This document shows positions 17,493 through 25,619 of a stretch of DNA of 41,384 bases, piece by piece. Source of the DNA: Candidatus Shapirobacteria bacterium S2_F12 (GTDB lineage Bacteria > Patescibacteriota > Microgenomatia > UBA12405). A model generated the notes under the pieces. That model saw only the letters and a list, made by a program, of their open reading frames with translations, made no database searches and had not been told where the DNA came from. The first letter of the stretch is position 1. Every line of letters starts with the position of its first letter. The stretch spans positions 1-41,384 of the forward strand of contig JAEHHB010000002.1 of assembly GCA_019248165.1 (NCBI GenBank), read 5' to 3'. Both the position numbers and the translations under genes were made by a program.

Positions 17493-17847
17493 AATAGCGA
17501 CTACTTTAGGTTTTTTTTTAATAATAGAGGGATTCCATTGTTACTTATCAAACAAGGGGACTGTAATAAAAAATTATGGTGTTAGTTTTGGTGTCGACGG
17601 TTGGTTTTTTATTTTTCTAAATGTTTTTTTTGTTATATTGTTAACAAAATATTGGTGGAAGTATAACCATTTTGGACTCAACCTAATTGTAATTGGGGGG
17701 TGGGTTAATGCCGTTGATAGATTGTTTTGGGGGTATGTTCGAGATTATTGGAAATTGGGAATTATATATAATAATTTGGCAGATTGGATAATCCAAATAG
17801 GGGTTATAATATTTTTGTCTCAAATATGGATAAAAAGGTCAAAATAG
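17461..17847 (+). CDS. lspA: Lipoprotein signal peptidase (signal peptidase II)
   Basis: Motifs NYGVSFG, GGWVNAVDRLFWGYVRDY and YNNLADW. The ORF has a GVG start and no earlier ATG. Confidence 0.75.
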   Translation: MLNVKKKKKLKIATTLGFFLIIEGFHCYLSNKGTVIKNYGVSFGVDGWFFIFLNVFFVILLTKYWWKYNHFGLNLIVIGGWVNAVDRLFWGYVRDYWKLGIIYNNLADWIIQIGVIIFLSQIWIKRSK

Positions 17848-18500
17848 TATTTGAAAATAATGAATTTTTGGTGGTTGATAAGCCTACCGGAATGACTACA
17901 ACCAAGGAAAAGAAAAATGAGATTGGGACTCTTGAGGATTGGTTGCGAGAGTGTAAGCAAAATGATTTACCAAGGAATGGAATTGTTCATAGGTTGGACA
18001 AGGGAACTTCTGGGTTGGTATTAATTGCAAAAACTAACATGTCGCTTGTTTTTTTTAAACAACAATTTAAAAACAGGTTAGTTGGTAAAAAATATTACTG
18101 TTTGGTTGGAGGTGATACTTCGATGAACGGATCGATTGATTGGCCAATTGAAAGATCAAAATTTGGTTTTGGGAAATTTGGTGTGAATGTTGATGGAAAA
18201 ACTGCCTTAACTGAATTTACTTTAATTGATAGATATGTAAGAAATAATAAAAAGTATAGTTTATTAGATGTTAATCTTAAGACTGGGAGAACCCATCAAA
18301 TTCGGGTTCATATGAGTTATTTGAGATGGCCCTTAGTTGGTGACGGTTTGTATGGTGGGGAAGTTGATATTTTAAAAAGACCATTTTTACATTCACATGA
18401 ATTATCAATTGGAGATCCTACATCTAGGGGAAGGTTGGAGTTTAGGTCTCCGCTTGCAGAAGATTTAAAACAACACTTAAGGCTATATGAAAAACAATAA
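17826..18500 (+). CDS. rluD: RluA-family 23S rRNA pseudouridine synthase
   Basis: HRLDKGTSGLVLIAKT catalytic motif and GRTHQIRVH. I place the start at MDKKVKIVFEN (17826) to minimise overlap with lspA. Confidence 0.85.
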   Translation: MDKKVKIVFENNEFLVVDKPTGMTTTKEKKNEIGTLEDWLRECKQNDLPRNGIVHRLDKGTSGLVLIAKTNMSLVFFKQQFKNRLVGKKYYCLVGGDTSMNGSIDWPIERSKFGFGKFGVNVDGKTALTEFTLIDRYVRNNKKYSLLDVNLKTGRTHQIRVHMSYLRWPLVGDGLYGGEVDILKRPFLHSHELSIGDPTSRGRLEFRSPLAEDLKQHLRLYEKQ

Positions 18501-19293
18501 AAAAATAATTTTAATATTATTGGTGGTGGTGTTTATTTTGGGATTAATAATTTTTATTTTTCTAAAAAATAAAGAAATCAAAGGGAGTGATTTTAAAATA
18601 GGTATTTTGGCAGACGACGGTATTGCCTTGGTGTCTATTTCTAAAGAAAGAAAGATGATCAATGTTTTAAAGGTCGACCCAGAGGCAAAGATTTGGATTC
18701 CCGGTGGTCTAAGTTGGTATCGTAATATTACGTTGAAAAAAATTTTGTATCAAGAAAAAAAAATGGAGTTGTTAAGTGATATTATTTTTTTTAATTTTGG
18801 ATACAAGGCTGACAAATTATTGTATTTAAAAAAAGCCGATGATTGGAAAAATATATACTGGTGGAAACTGGCTTTTTATAATAATTTTTTAGTAAAAGAA
18901 GAGGTGGTTAAAAAAGATATAGATTTAAGTGACGATTTCCTTGACGAAGTGATCGTGAGGGATTTTGCTGAAACAAAGATAATCTATGAAGATATTAAGT
19001 TGTCGATCATTAATACTACTGATGTTACTGGTTTGGCTGCGTTTATGACTAAGCGGTTTGAAAGGTTGGGTTTTTCGGTAGTTTCAATTGGTAATGATTT
19101 TAGCAACCAAAATAAAAACTGTCAGATACGATATAGTAAAGATGTAAGCATGACTTATTCTTTGTTTTTGATTAAGAAAATAATAACAAACTGTGAAACA
19201 CAAGAAGATTTTGATTTAAACGGTAATGAGATTGAAATTTATTTTGATAGTAGTTTTTCAAGAATGATAGAATACCCTAGTTATATAAAATAA
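18487..19293 (+). CDS. Membrane-anchored protein with a LytR_C-like C-terminal domain
   Basis: N-terminal TM segment. The C-terminal IKLSIINTTDVTGLAAFMTKRFERLGFSVVSIGN matches the LytR C-terminal domain pattern. Confidence 0.6.
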   Translation: MKNNKKIILILLVVVFILGLIIFIFLKNKEIKGSDFKIGILADDGIALVSISKERKMINVLKVDPEAKIWIPGGLSWYRNITLKKILYQEKKMELLSDIIFFNFGYKADKLLYLKKADDWKNIYWWKLAFYNNFLVKEEVVKKDIDLSDDFLDEVIVRDFAETKIIYEDIKLSIINTTDVTGLAAFMTKRFERLGFSVVSIGNDFSNQNKNCQIRYSKDVSMTYSLFLIKKIITNCETQEDFDLNGNEIEIYFDSSFSRMIEYPSYIK

Positions 19294-19300
19294 ATAATTT

Positions 19301-20005
19301 ATGTCTGGACATTCTAAATGGAATAATATTAAAAATCGTAAAGGTGCTCAAGACAAAAAAAGAAGCGAGGCCTTTACAAAAATCTCAAAAAATATTTTGA
19401 CAGCAATTCGTTTGGGTGGGGGATCTAGTGATCCAAATGTCAATGGAGTTTTGAAAGTGGCAATTGATAAGGCAAGAGAAGTTAATATGCCCAAGGAGAA
19501 TATTGAGAGATTATTGGCCCGATTTGAAGAAAGAAAAGATAATTTAGTGGCAGTAATTTTGGAGGGTTATGGTCCTTTTGGGGTGCCAGTCATTATTGAA
19601 GCTGAGACAGATAATAAGAACAGAATTTTAGGAGAAATAAAATTAATTTTTAAAAATTACGAGGGAGCTTTGGGCGAGACTAATTCGGTGATGTTCCAAT
19701 TTGATAGAGTAGGTGAAGTGGAATTTGAGAAGATTACTGAGGAAGACCAGTTGAATTTGATTGATTTTGGGGCAATTGACTTTGATGAAAATATTGCCAT
19801 AGTAGAATCATCTTCGGTTAATGAATTTGTTAAAAAAATAGAAGAATTAGGTTTTGGGATGGTTAAATCAGAAGTAGTATACCGGCCCAAAAATCCAATC
19901 CAAATAAAAAATGAAGATGATTTTAATAAAATTATGGACTTTATCGATGAATTAGAATCTAACGATGATGTTCTTGGGGTTTTCGCGGGTTTTGATTATA
20001 ATTGA
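19301..20005 (+). CDS. yebC: YebC/PmpR family DNA-binding transcriptional regulator
   Basis: MSGHSKWNNIKNRKGAQDKKRS signature at the N-terminus. Confidence 0.95.
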   Translation: MSGHSKWNNIKNRKGAQDKKRSEAFTKISKNILTAIRLGGGSSDPNVNGVLKVAIDKAREVNMPKENIERLLARFEERKDNLVAVILEGYGPFGVPVIIEAETDNKNRILGEIKLIFKNYEGALGETNSVMFQFDRVGEVEFEKITEEDQLNLIDFGAIDFDENIAIVESSSVNEFVKKIEELGFGMVKSEVVYRPKNPIQIKNEDDFNKIMDFIDELESNDDVLGVFAGFDYN

Positions 20006-20007
20006 TT

Positions 20008-20793
20008 ATGCCTAAAAAAATAAGATATTTTATTTCTTCTTTGGTGGCATCAGTAGGGTTTTACTTGTTTGTTAATTTACCTTATTCATCACACTATTAC
20101 GGATTGTTGGTTGGTGTTGTTTTGGTGGCTTTTTGTTTTTGGTTTGGATTAGGTATTATTTTTAGCCAAAGTCTTTACATAAGATTGATGTCGGTAGTTT
20201 TACCAGTCGGATTTTTTGTGGGTTTTGGGCTGTTTGCTGCTTTATTACCACAAAATTTTTTGACAGTATTTTTGACTAGTTTATTTTTTGGTGTAATGGC
20301 TTATGTCACGTTTCTGGTAGAAAACTTATTTTTAGTAGCAATTGGGAATCGGACACCGCCTTTGTACAGAGCCGCATTCACTGTTGGTTTTATGATTGTG
20401 TTGGTAACCGCCTTTTTCTTGTTTGATAGTTTATTTTCCTTCAAATTGATTTATTGGTTAAATACTATTTATGTGTTTTTGATTTCGGTAGCAATTTTTA
20501 TGTACATTTTTTATAGTGTTACCATAGAGTTGGCAGATGATGGTAAGGAAAAAAATTTTTGGGCTTACGTTTTAATTCCCTCATTTATAATAGCTCAACT
20601 TGGATTGGTTTTTTCTTTTTGGCCAGTTGGCATTTTTAAAGGATCGATTTATTTAGTGGCTTTTGTTTATATTGTCGCAAGTTTAGTTCAGTTGGAGTTA
20701 AGAAGCCGGCTGTTTAAAAAAAATTGGATAACTTTTATTTGGATTACTTTTTCGATAGTTCTAGGAATAATAATGACTACTAGTTGGCGTTAG
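20008..20793 (+). CDS. Polytopic membrane protein, hypothetical
   Basis: About 8 hydrophobic segments. The ATG at 20008 is preferred over the TTG at 20002. Confidence 0.55.
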   Translation: MPKKIRYFISSLVASVGFYLFVNLPYSSHYYGLLVGVVLVAFCFWFGLGIIFSQSLYIRLMSVVLPVGFFVGFGLFAALLPQNFLTVFLTSLFFGVMAYVTFLVENLFLVAIGNRTPPLYRAAFTVGFMIVLVTAFFLFDSLFSFKLIYWLNTIYVFLISVAIFMYIFYSVTIELADDGKEKNFWAYVLIPSFIIAQLGLVFSFWPVGIFKGSIYLVAFVYIVASLVQLELRSRLFKKNWITFIWITFSIVLGIIMTTSWR

Positions 20794-21734
20794 ATAATTT
20801 GAGATTGAACTGCTGTAATGGCAATAGTGGCAACAATATCATCTACACTACAACCACGCGATAAGTCATTTACTGGTCGAGAAATACCCTGTGATATTGG
20901 TCCATAAGCCTTAGCTCCGGCCAGTCTTTCTACCAATTTATAAGCAATATTTCCACTGTTTAAATCTGGGAATATGAGAATATTTGCTTTACCACCAAGA
21001 GTGCTTTGAGGATTCTTTTGAAATGAAACTAGTGGTGTAATAGCAGCGTCAGCTTGAATCTCTCCTTCTATAATCAAATCAGGATGTTGGGATTTTACAA
21101 TACTAGCGGCTTGTTTTACTATGTCGACACTAGGTCCAGATCCGCTGTTGTTGGTAGAGTAGGACAGGAGGGCAACTTTAGGGATGGAGCCAATTAGACG
21201 CTTAAAACTATCAACTGATTGAGTGGTAATTTGGGCAAGAGTATCACTATTTGGACTAATGTTTAACCCGCAATCAGCAAAGATCATTATTCCTTCTTGG
21301 CCGATTCTTTGATTAGTAAACTCCATAACAAAAAAACTAGATACGATATTTTGGTTGGGAGCGGTCTTAAGTATTTGAAGGGCAGGTTTAAAGGTGTCAT
21401 GGGTCGTACTGGCTGCACCCGATACAAGCCCGTCTGCCAGCCCGGTTTTCACCATCATGGTGCCAAAGTAGATAGGTTGAGTTATTAGTTTTTGGGCATC
21501 TGACAAAGATAATCCTTTTTCTTTGCGCAATTCAAACAGATGTTGTGAGAGGGTTTTTCGGATTTCATTGTTTTCATGGATAAATTCGTTGGTTAACAAA
21601 ATTGGGTTGGCAATTTTTTGTTCTTTAGCTATTTTAGCGGCTGATTGAATTCGTGGGTCGTGAGTGTCGGCCAGGGCAATCCTTTTTGGATTAGACTTGG
21701 CTTTTATAAATATTTGCTTAATGATTTCATTCAT
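20790..21734 (-). CDS. pta: Phosphate acetyltransferase (PTA_PTB domain only)
   Basis: IALADTHDPRI...ANILIFPDLNSGNIAYKLVERLAGAKAYGPISQG...PVNDLSRGCSVDDIV. Confidence 0.9.
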   Translation of the reverse strand: MNEIIKQIFIKAKSNPKRIALADTHDPRIQSAAKIAKEQKIANPILLTNEFIHENNEIRKTLSQHLFELRKEKGLSLSDAQKLITQPIYFGTMMVKTGLADGLVSGAASTTHDTFKPALQILKTAPNQNIVSSFFVMEFTNQRIGQEGIMIFADCGLNISPNSDTLAQITTQSVDSFKRLIGSIPKVALLSYSTNNSGSGPSVDIVKQAASIVKSQHPDLIIEGEIQADAAITPLVSFQKNPQSTLGGKANILIFPDLNSGNIAYKLVERLAGAKAYGPISQGISRPVNDLSRGCSVDDIVATIAITAVQSQII

Positions 21735-21792
21735 AAAGACAATTATATATTAAATATAAGTCCTAAAATAGGGTATAATCAAAGATAATAAA

Positions 21793-23553
21793 ATGAAAGA
21801 TAACACCAAAAATACCCTGAAATATTATTGGGGGGCAATGGCTAACCACAAAGTAACTGGATGGGTTCTGACTTTGGGGGTAATTTTTGGGGCAATATTA
21901 GATTCGGTTGTCCCGATATTGTCAAAAAATTTTTTCAATGTTTTGTACGACGGGGGAGTAAAAGATGTGGTTTTGATGAGGTTAATGCAAATATTAGTGT
22001 TTATCGCGATAATTAAATTTGTCCGTTGGTTGCTATGGCGAATTGCGTCTTTTACAATTAATTTTTTTGAATCTAGATCGATGGTTGATTTGAGCCGGCA
22101 ATGCTTTGACTATTTACAAAAACATTCTTTTTCGTATTTTTCAAATAATTTTCCTGGTTCAATTGTTAAAAAACACAAAAGTTTTATTAATACTTTTGAA
22201 TTTTTAATTGATCAATTGTTTTTTGAAATTATCCCCGGAGTCGTAAGTGTAATCGTAATGATTTTTGTTTTGGCCAAAGTAAACATATTTTTGGGGTGGG
22301 GCATGTTTGGTTGGATGGTTGTGTTTTTGTTGATTAATTGGTGGTTTACCAAATATAAACTAAAATTCGACATACAAAGGAGTGAGGCGGAAACGGCAAC
22401 GAGTGGATTATTGTCTGACACAATAAGTAATAACATTAACATAAAGTTGTTTAACGGGTATATTTATGAAAGCGATACTTATGGTAATTTGTCATTGAAT
22501 TTGCATAAAATAAGAAAGTTTACTTGGGATATGGGGGCGATTTTTTACGGATTTCAATCTTTTTTGATGTTGGTTCTTGAGGTGTTGATTTTGTATTTTT
22601 CTGTTAGATTGTGGCAAAGAGATATGTTAACTGTGGGAGACTTTGTCCTGATTCAGTCATATTTGTTTTCGGCGGTAATGTTGGTGTGGGATTTTGGCCG
22701 AGTAATGATGAAAATTTATGAACGTTTGGCTGATGCTGAAGAAATGACGGTAATTTTAAACCTTCCTCACCAAATAGTCGACTCTAATAATGCCAAAAAA
22801 CTGACAATAAGACGTGGTGAGGTGCGGTTTGAGAATGTGAGCTTTAAATATGAAGACGGAGATGATGTAGTAAAAAATTTAAATCTAACCATAAGTCCTG
22901 GACAAACAGTGGCATTGGTGGGGATGTCTGGTTCGGGTAAGTCAACTATAACAAAGTTGTTGCTGAGGCTTTATGATGTTACCAGTGGTCGGATTTTAGT
23001 TGATGGTAAGGATATAACCACCATAACTCAGGATAGTTTAAGAAAAAATATTAGTTTAGTCCCACAGGATCCGATATTATTTCATCGAAGTTTGATGGAG
23101 AATATTCGTTATGGTAAAGTTGACTCTTCCGATGAGGAGGTAATAAAGGCAGCTAAATTGGCATATTGTGACGAATTTATATCTAGGTTGAAAGATGGTT
23201 ACAATTCTACTGTTGGGGATAGGGGAATAAAATTGTCTGGTGGAGAGAGACAGAGAGTGGCGATTGCTAGGGCAATACTTAAAAATTCGCCGATATTGGT
23301 GTTGGACGAGGCGACTTCAAGTTTAGATTCTGAATCTGAGAAATATATCCAAAAATCATTAACTAATTTGATGAAAAACAAAACAGTTCTAATTATTGCT
23401 CATAGACTGTCGACAATTAAAAAAGCAGACAGAATAATAGTAATCTCAAAGAAAAAAATTGTTGAAGATGGTACTCATGCAGAATTAATTAATAACAAAA
23501 AGGGAATTTATCGCAAGCTTTGGGGTATACAGGTGGGTGGATTTATTAAGTAA
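21793..23553 (+). CDS. ABC exporter, fused permease/ATPase (MsbA-like)
   Basis: Six-TM N-terminal domain, Walker A GMSGSGKST, signature LSGGERQR and Walker B ILVLDEATS. Confidence 0.9.
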   Translation: MKDNTKNTLKYYWGAMANHKVTGWVLTLGVIFGAILDSVVPILSKNFFNVLYDGGVKDVVLMRLMQILVFIAIIKFVRWLLWRIASFTINFFESRSMVDLSRQCFDYLQKHSFSYFSNNFPGSIVKKHKSFINTFEFLIDQLFFEIIPGVVSVIVMIFVLAKVNIFLGWGMFGWMVVFLLINWWFTKYKLKFDIQRSEAETATSGLLSDTISNNINIKLFNGYIYESDTYGNLSLNLHKIRKFTWDMGAIFYGFQSFLMLVLEVLILYFSVRLWQRDMLTVGDFVLIQSYLFSAVMLVWDFGRVMMKIYERLADAEEMTVILNLPHQIVDSNNAKKLTIRRGEVRFENVSFKYEDGDDVVKNLNLTISPGQTVALVGMSGSGKSTITKLLLRLYDVTSGRILVDGKDITTITQDSLRKNISLVPQDPILFHRSLMENIRYGKVDSSDEEVIKAAKLAYCDEFISRLKDGYNSTVGDRGIKLSGGERQRVAIARAILKNSPILVLDEATSSLDSESEKYIQKSLTNLMKNKTVLIIAHRLSTIKKADRIIVISKKKIVEDGTHAELINNKKGIYRKLWGIQVGGFIK

Positions 23554-23596
23554 GTAGTAAGTAGTAAGTAGTAAGTAGTAAGTAGTAAGTAGTAAG
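23547..23596. repeat. Heptamer microsatellite (GTAGTAA) x6 plus one degenerate unit, beginning at the ABC-exporter stop codon
   Basis: Six perfect units at 23554-23595. The preceding TAAGTAA contains the TAA stop. Confidence 0.9.
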
Positions 23597-23788
23597 ATTT
23601 CTCCCTTTATAGGTAATAAAATTTATAATAAATGGGGAAGTCGAGGGTAGTTGGCGTAGTGCTTTCAAAACAGCCTAAAGTATTTATATAGATTGACAGT
23701 ATTAAACCTAATAAAGTTGATTTTGAAGCTAAATTAATTGGATTTAAGTATAAAAAAAAAGACTGGTGGTCTGTGAGGGAGGGGAGAG

Positions 23789-23842
23789 TCCTATAATATA
23801 CATCCTATAATAGTTTTCACGATATATCCTATAATTTTCACG
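23789..23842 (+). repeat. Three direct copies of TCCTATAAT; the last two are extended by TTTTCACG
   Basis: TCCTATAAT at 23789-97, 23803-11 and 23827-35. TTTTCACG at 23814-21 and 23835-42. Confidence 0.75.
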
Positions 23843-23864
23843 GTCAAAATTAATGATATACAAT

Positions 23865-23906
23865 GATATAGTCTCTGTGGATAAGTTTAGCTTTACAGAC
23901 TATATC
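23865..23906. repeat. 10-bp perfect inverted repeat GATATAGTCT / AGACTATATC whose loop carries a consensus DnaA-box 9-mer
   Basis: Arms at 23865-74 and 23897-906. TGTGGATAA (reverse complement of TTATCCACA) at 23876-84. Confidence 0.6.
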
Positions 23907-24224
23907 AAAGTGTACACATAGAGGAGTGGCAGAAGAGAGGGATAGGGGTCAATTTAATTACTAATTTCTAATTACTAATTATTAATTAAGACTAAATTAA
24001 CTTGACGGAACTTTAAAATATAACTATGTCTCCCTAGTGGTAGGTAAGTTAAAATATAATGTCGCACAATGTATCTTTTGCGACGTATATTACTTTTTGA
24101 ACGGAGGGGGGAAGTCGTTTGGGTGTTTTTATAAATTTGGTATTTTTTCTTTTTTATTGTGTCTTAGGTTTTTTCTATTTTTTGAATATTAAAAAAAATC
24201 AATATTTCTCTTCTTGGTCTTGAT

Positions 24225-24255
24225 TGCCTAATATTTTTAATTAGGCATATTTTTT
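24225..24255 (+). terminator. 8-7-8 palindrome TGCCTAAT-ATTTTTA-ATTAGGCA followed by TATTTTTT: a terminator-like hairpin or a recombinase core-type site
   Basis: Read directly from the sequence. No CDS lies upstream on this strand. Confidence 0.4.
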
Positions 24256-24263
24256 GGGACTTG

Positions 24264-24301
24264 ACTCCCCTATAGTGGTTTGTCTCCCCTGACCGTGGTT
24301 T
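24264..24301 (+). repeat. Tandem degenerate repeat (A/T)CTCCCCT-N3-4-GTGGTTT, two copies
   Basis: ACTCCCCTATAGTGGTTT at 24264-81 and GTCTCCCCTGACCGTGGTTT at 24282-301. Confidence 0.6.
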
Positions 24302-24461
24302 ACTGGTTTGACGGGTAATCATTATTTATAGATAAAATGATAAATATGCCTTAAAATAGGTATAAAATGTATGTGACGTCACTAAATGCCCTAGAAATGA
24401 TTTTAATATTTTTTGCGAATATTGTATCGTCTATTTTGATTTAATTAATCTAAGTATTAAG

Positions 24462-24470
24462 TGGTAATAT
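24462..24470 (+). promoter_or_regulatory. Extended -10 TGGTAATAT, 6 nt upstream of the recombinase ATG
   Basis: TGGTAATAT, then GGAAAT, then the ATG at 24477. No SD. Confidence 0.4.
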
Positions 24471-24476
24471 GGAAAT

Positions 24477-25409
24477 ATGGATAATGATTTACAATTGTTA
24501 AAAAGAAGATTTTTGGAACATCTAGAAATTGAAAAAAACTGCTCAAAATTAACAATCAGAAATTACGAACACTATTTAAGCACTTTTATAAAGTATTTAG
24601 GTGACAATGGGAAAACAAACCCGACAACTGAAGATCTTAATTCTGAAACAGTAAGAAAATTCAGATTATTTTTGTCTAGACAAAAAGGAACCAAAGGAGA
24701 AATGAAGTTGGTTACACAGGGGTATTATGTAATTTCAATAAGATCGTTTCTTAAGTGGTTAATAAAAAACGACATGAAAGTGTTACAGCCAGAGAAAATA
24801 GATGTACCAAAAAACAGAGATCATTCGTTAAAATTTTTGGATGGTCAACAAATTGAAAGACTTTTGAGCCAGCCGTTAAATTCTGCAAAAACAGGATTTA
24901 GAGATAGAGCTATTTTAGAGTTGTTGTTTTCGACGGGATTACGGGTGTCAGAGTTAGTGTCTCTTGACCGAGAACAAATTAACCTAAACACTAGGGAATT
25001 TGGAGTAATTGGAAAGGGGGGGAGGTCGAGAATTGTTTTTATTTCTCACCAGGCGGCTAGTTGGGTAGATAAATATATAAAATCTCGGTTAGACAAGCAT
25101 AAGCCACTCTTTATAAGAAATCTCAGGCCAAATGAAATTGTGTTAGAAGAGGAAAAGGTTAGACTTACTGCCAGGTCGGTTCAAAGAATGGTTAAAAAAT
25201 ATGTTCGTCAGGCAAACTTACCTGTTGCAGCTACACCTCACACTATTCGTCATTCAATGGCAACTGATTTGTTGTTGAATGGAGCGGATATTAGATCGGT
25301 ACAGGAAATTTTGGGTCACAAAAATATTGCGACAACCCAAATTTATACTCACGTAACCAATGCTAGACTGCGAGAAATTCACGAAAAATTTCATAGTGGA
25401 AATAAATAA
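24477..25409 (+). CDS. XerC/XerD-type tyrosine site-specific recombinase
   Basis: N-terminal SAM-like domain (LEHLEIEKNCSKLTIRNYEHYLSTF). Catalytic residues are present: GLRVSELVSL (Arg), HTIRHSMAT (HxxR) and LGHKNIATTQIYTHV (His/Tyr). Confidence 0.9.
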   Translation: MDNDLQLLKRRFLEHLEIEKNCSKLTIRNYEHYLSTFIKYLGDNGKTNPTTEDLNSETVRKFRLFLSRQKGTKGEMKLVTQGYYVISIRSFLKWLIKNDMKVLQPEKIDVPKNRDHSLKFLDGQQIERLLSQPLNSAKTGFRDRAILELLFSTGLRVSELVSLDREQINLNTREFGVIGKGGRSRIVFISHQAASWVDKYIKSRLDKHKPLFIRNLRPNEIVLEEEKVRLTARSVQRMVKKYVRQANLPVAATPHTIRHSMATDLLLNGADIRSVQEILGHKNIATTQIYTHVTNARLREIHEKFHSGNK

Positions 25410-25619
25410 GACCCCTCTCCCCTTCTGGATTTATAAAAAAAGTACATTGTCCTATAGTAGGGGTAATTTAATTAAGAAATAACACCGGGCATAGATTGTG
25501 TGTGGTCATTGATATGAGTAAAGATATTTTGTCCTATTTTAGGGATAAACTAGATTTTATTGACTTGTTAGCAATCTTATATATTGTCTGCTAATTTATA
25601 CTTATCAAATACACATTTC

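Noticed and set aside
23634-24117. The duplicated GGGGAAGTCG looked like a tmRNA 5' end or the RNase P P4 strand (GGAAAGTCCGGG).
   Set aside because: There is no tRNA-like 3' half (T-arm plus the complementary CTTCCCC-ACCA). There is no tag reading frame and no matching P4 3' strand (ACAGAA..CGGCTTA-like) anywhere in the spacer. The similarity is limited to about 10 nt.
23547-24301. CRISPR array or integron cassette array in the repeat-rich spacer.
   Set aside because: The repeats are 7-22 bp and are tandem or irregularly spaced, with no uniform repeat-spacer periodicity. No cas genes are present. No ORF cassettes or attC-like imperfect palindromes at regular intervals were seen, and the recombinase shows no obvious IntI-specific insertion.
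25571-25597. TTAGCA-N15-TGCTAA inverted repeat just after the gyrA stop, considered as a dif-like core site.
   Set aside because: The arms are only 6 bp with a 15-nt spacer, and they do not extend into an 11-6-11 dif-type architecture. It is equally explained as a weak gyrA terminator stem.
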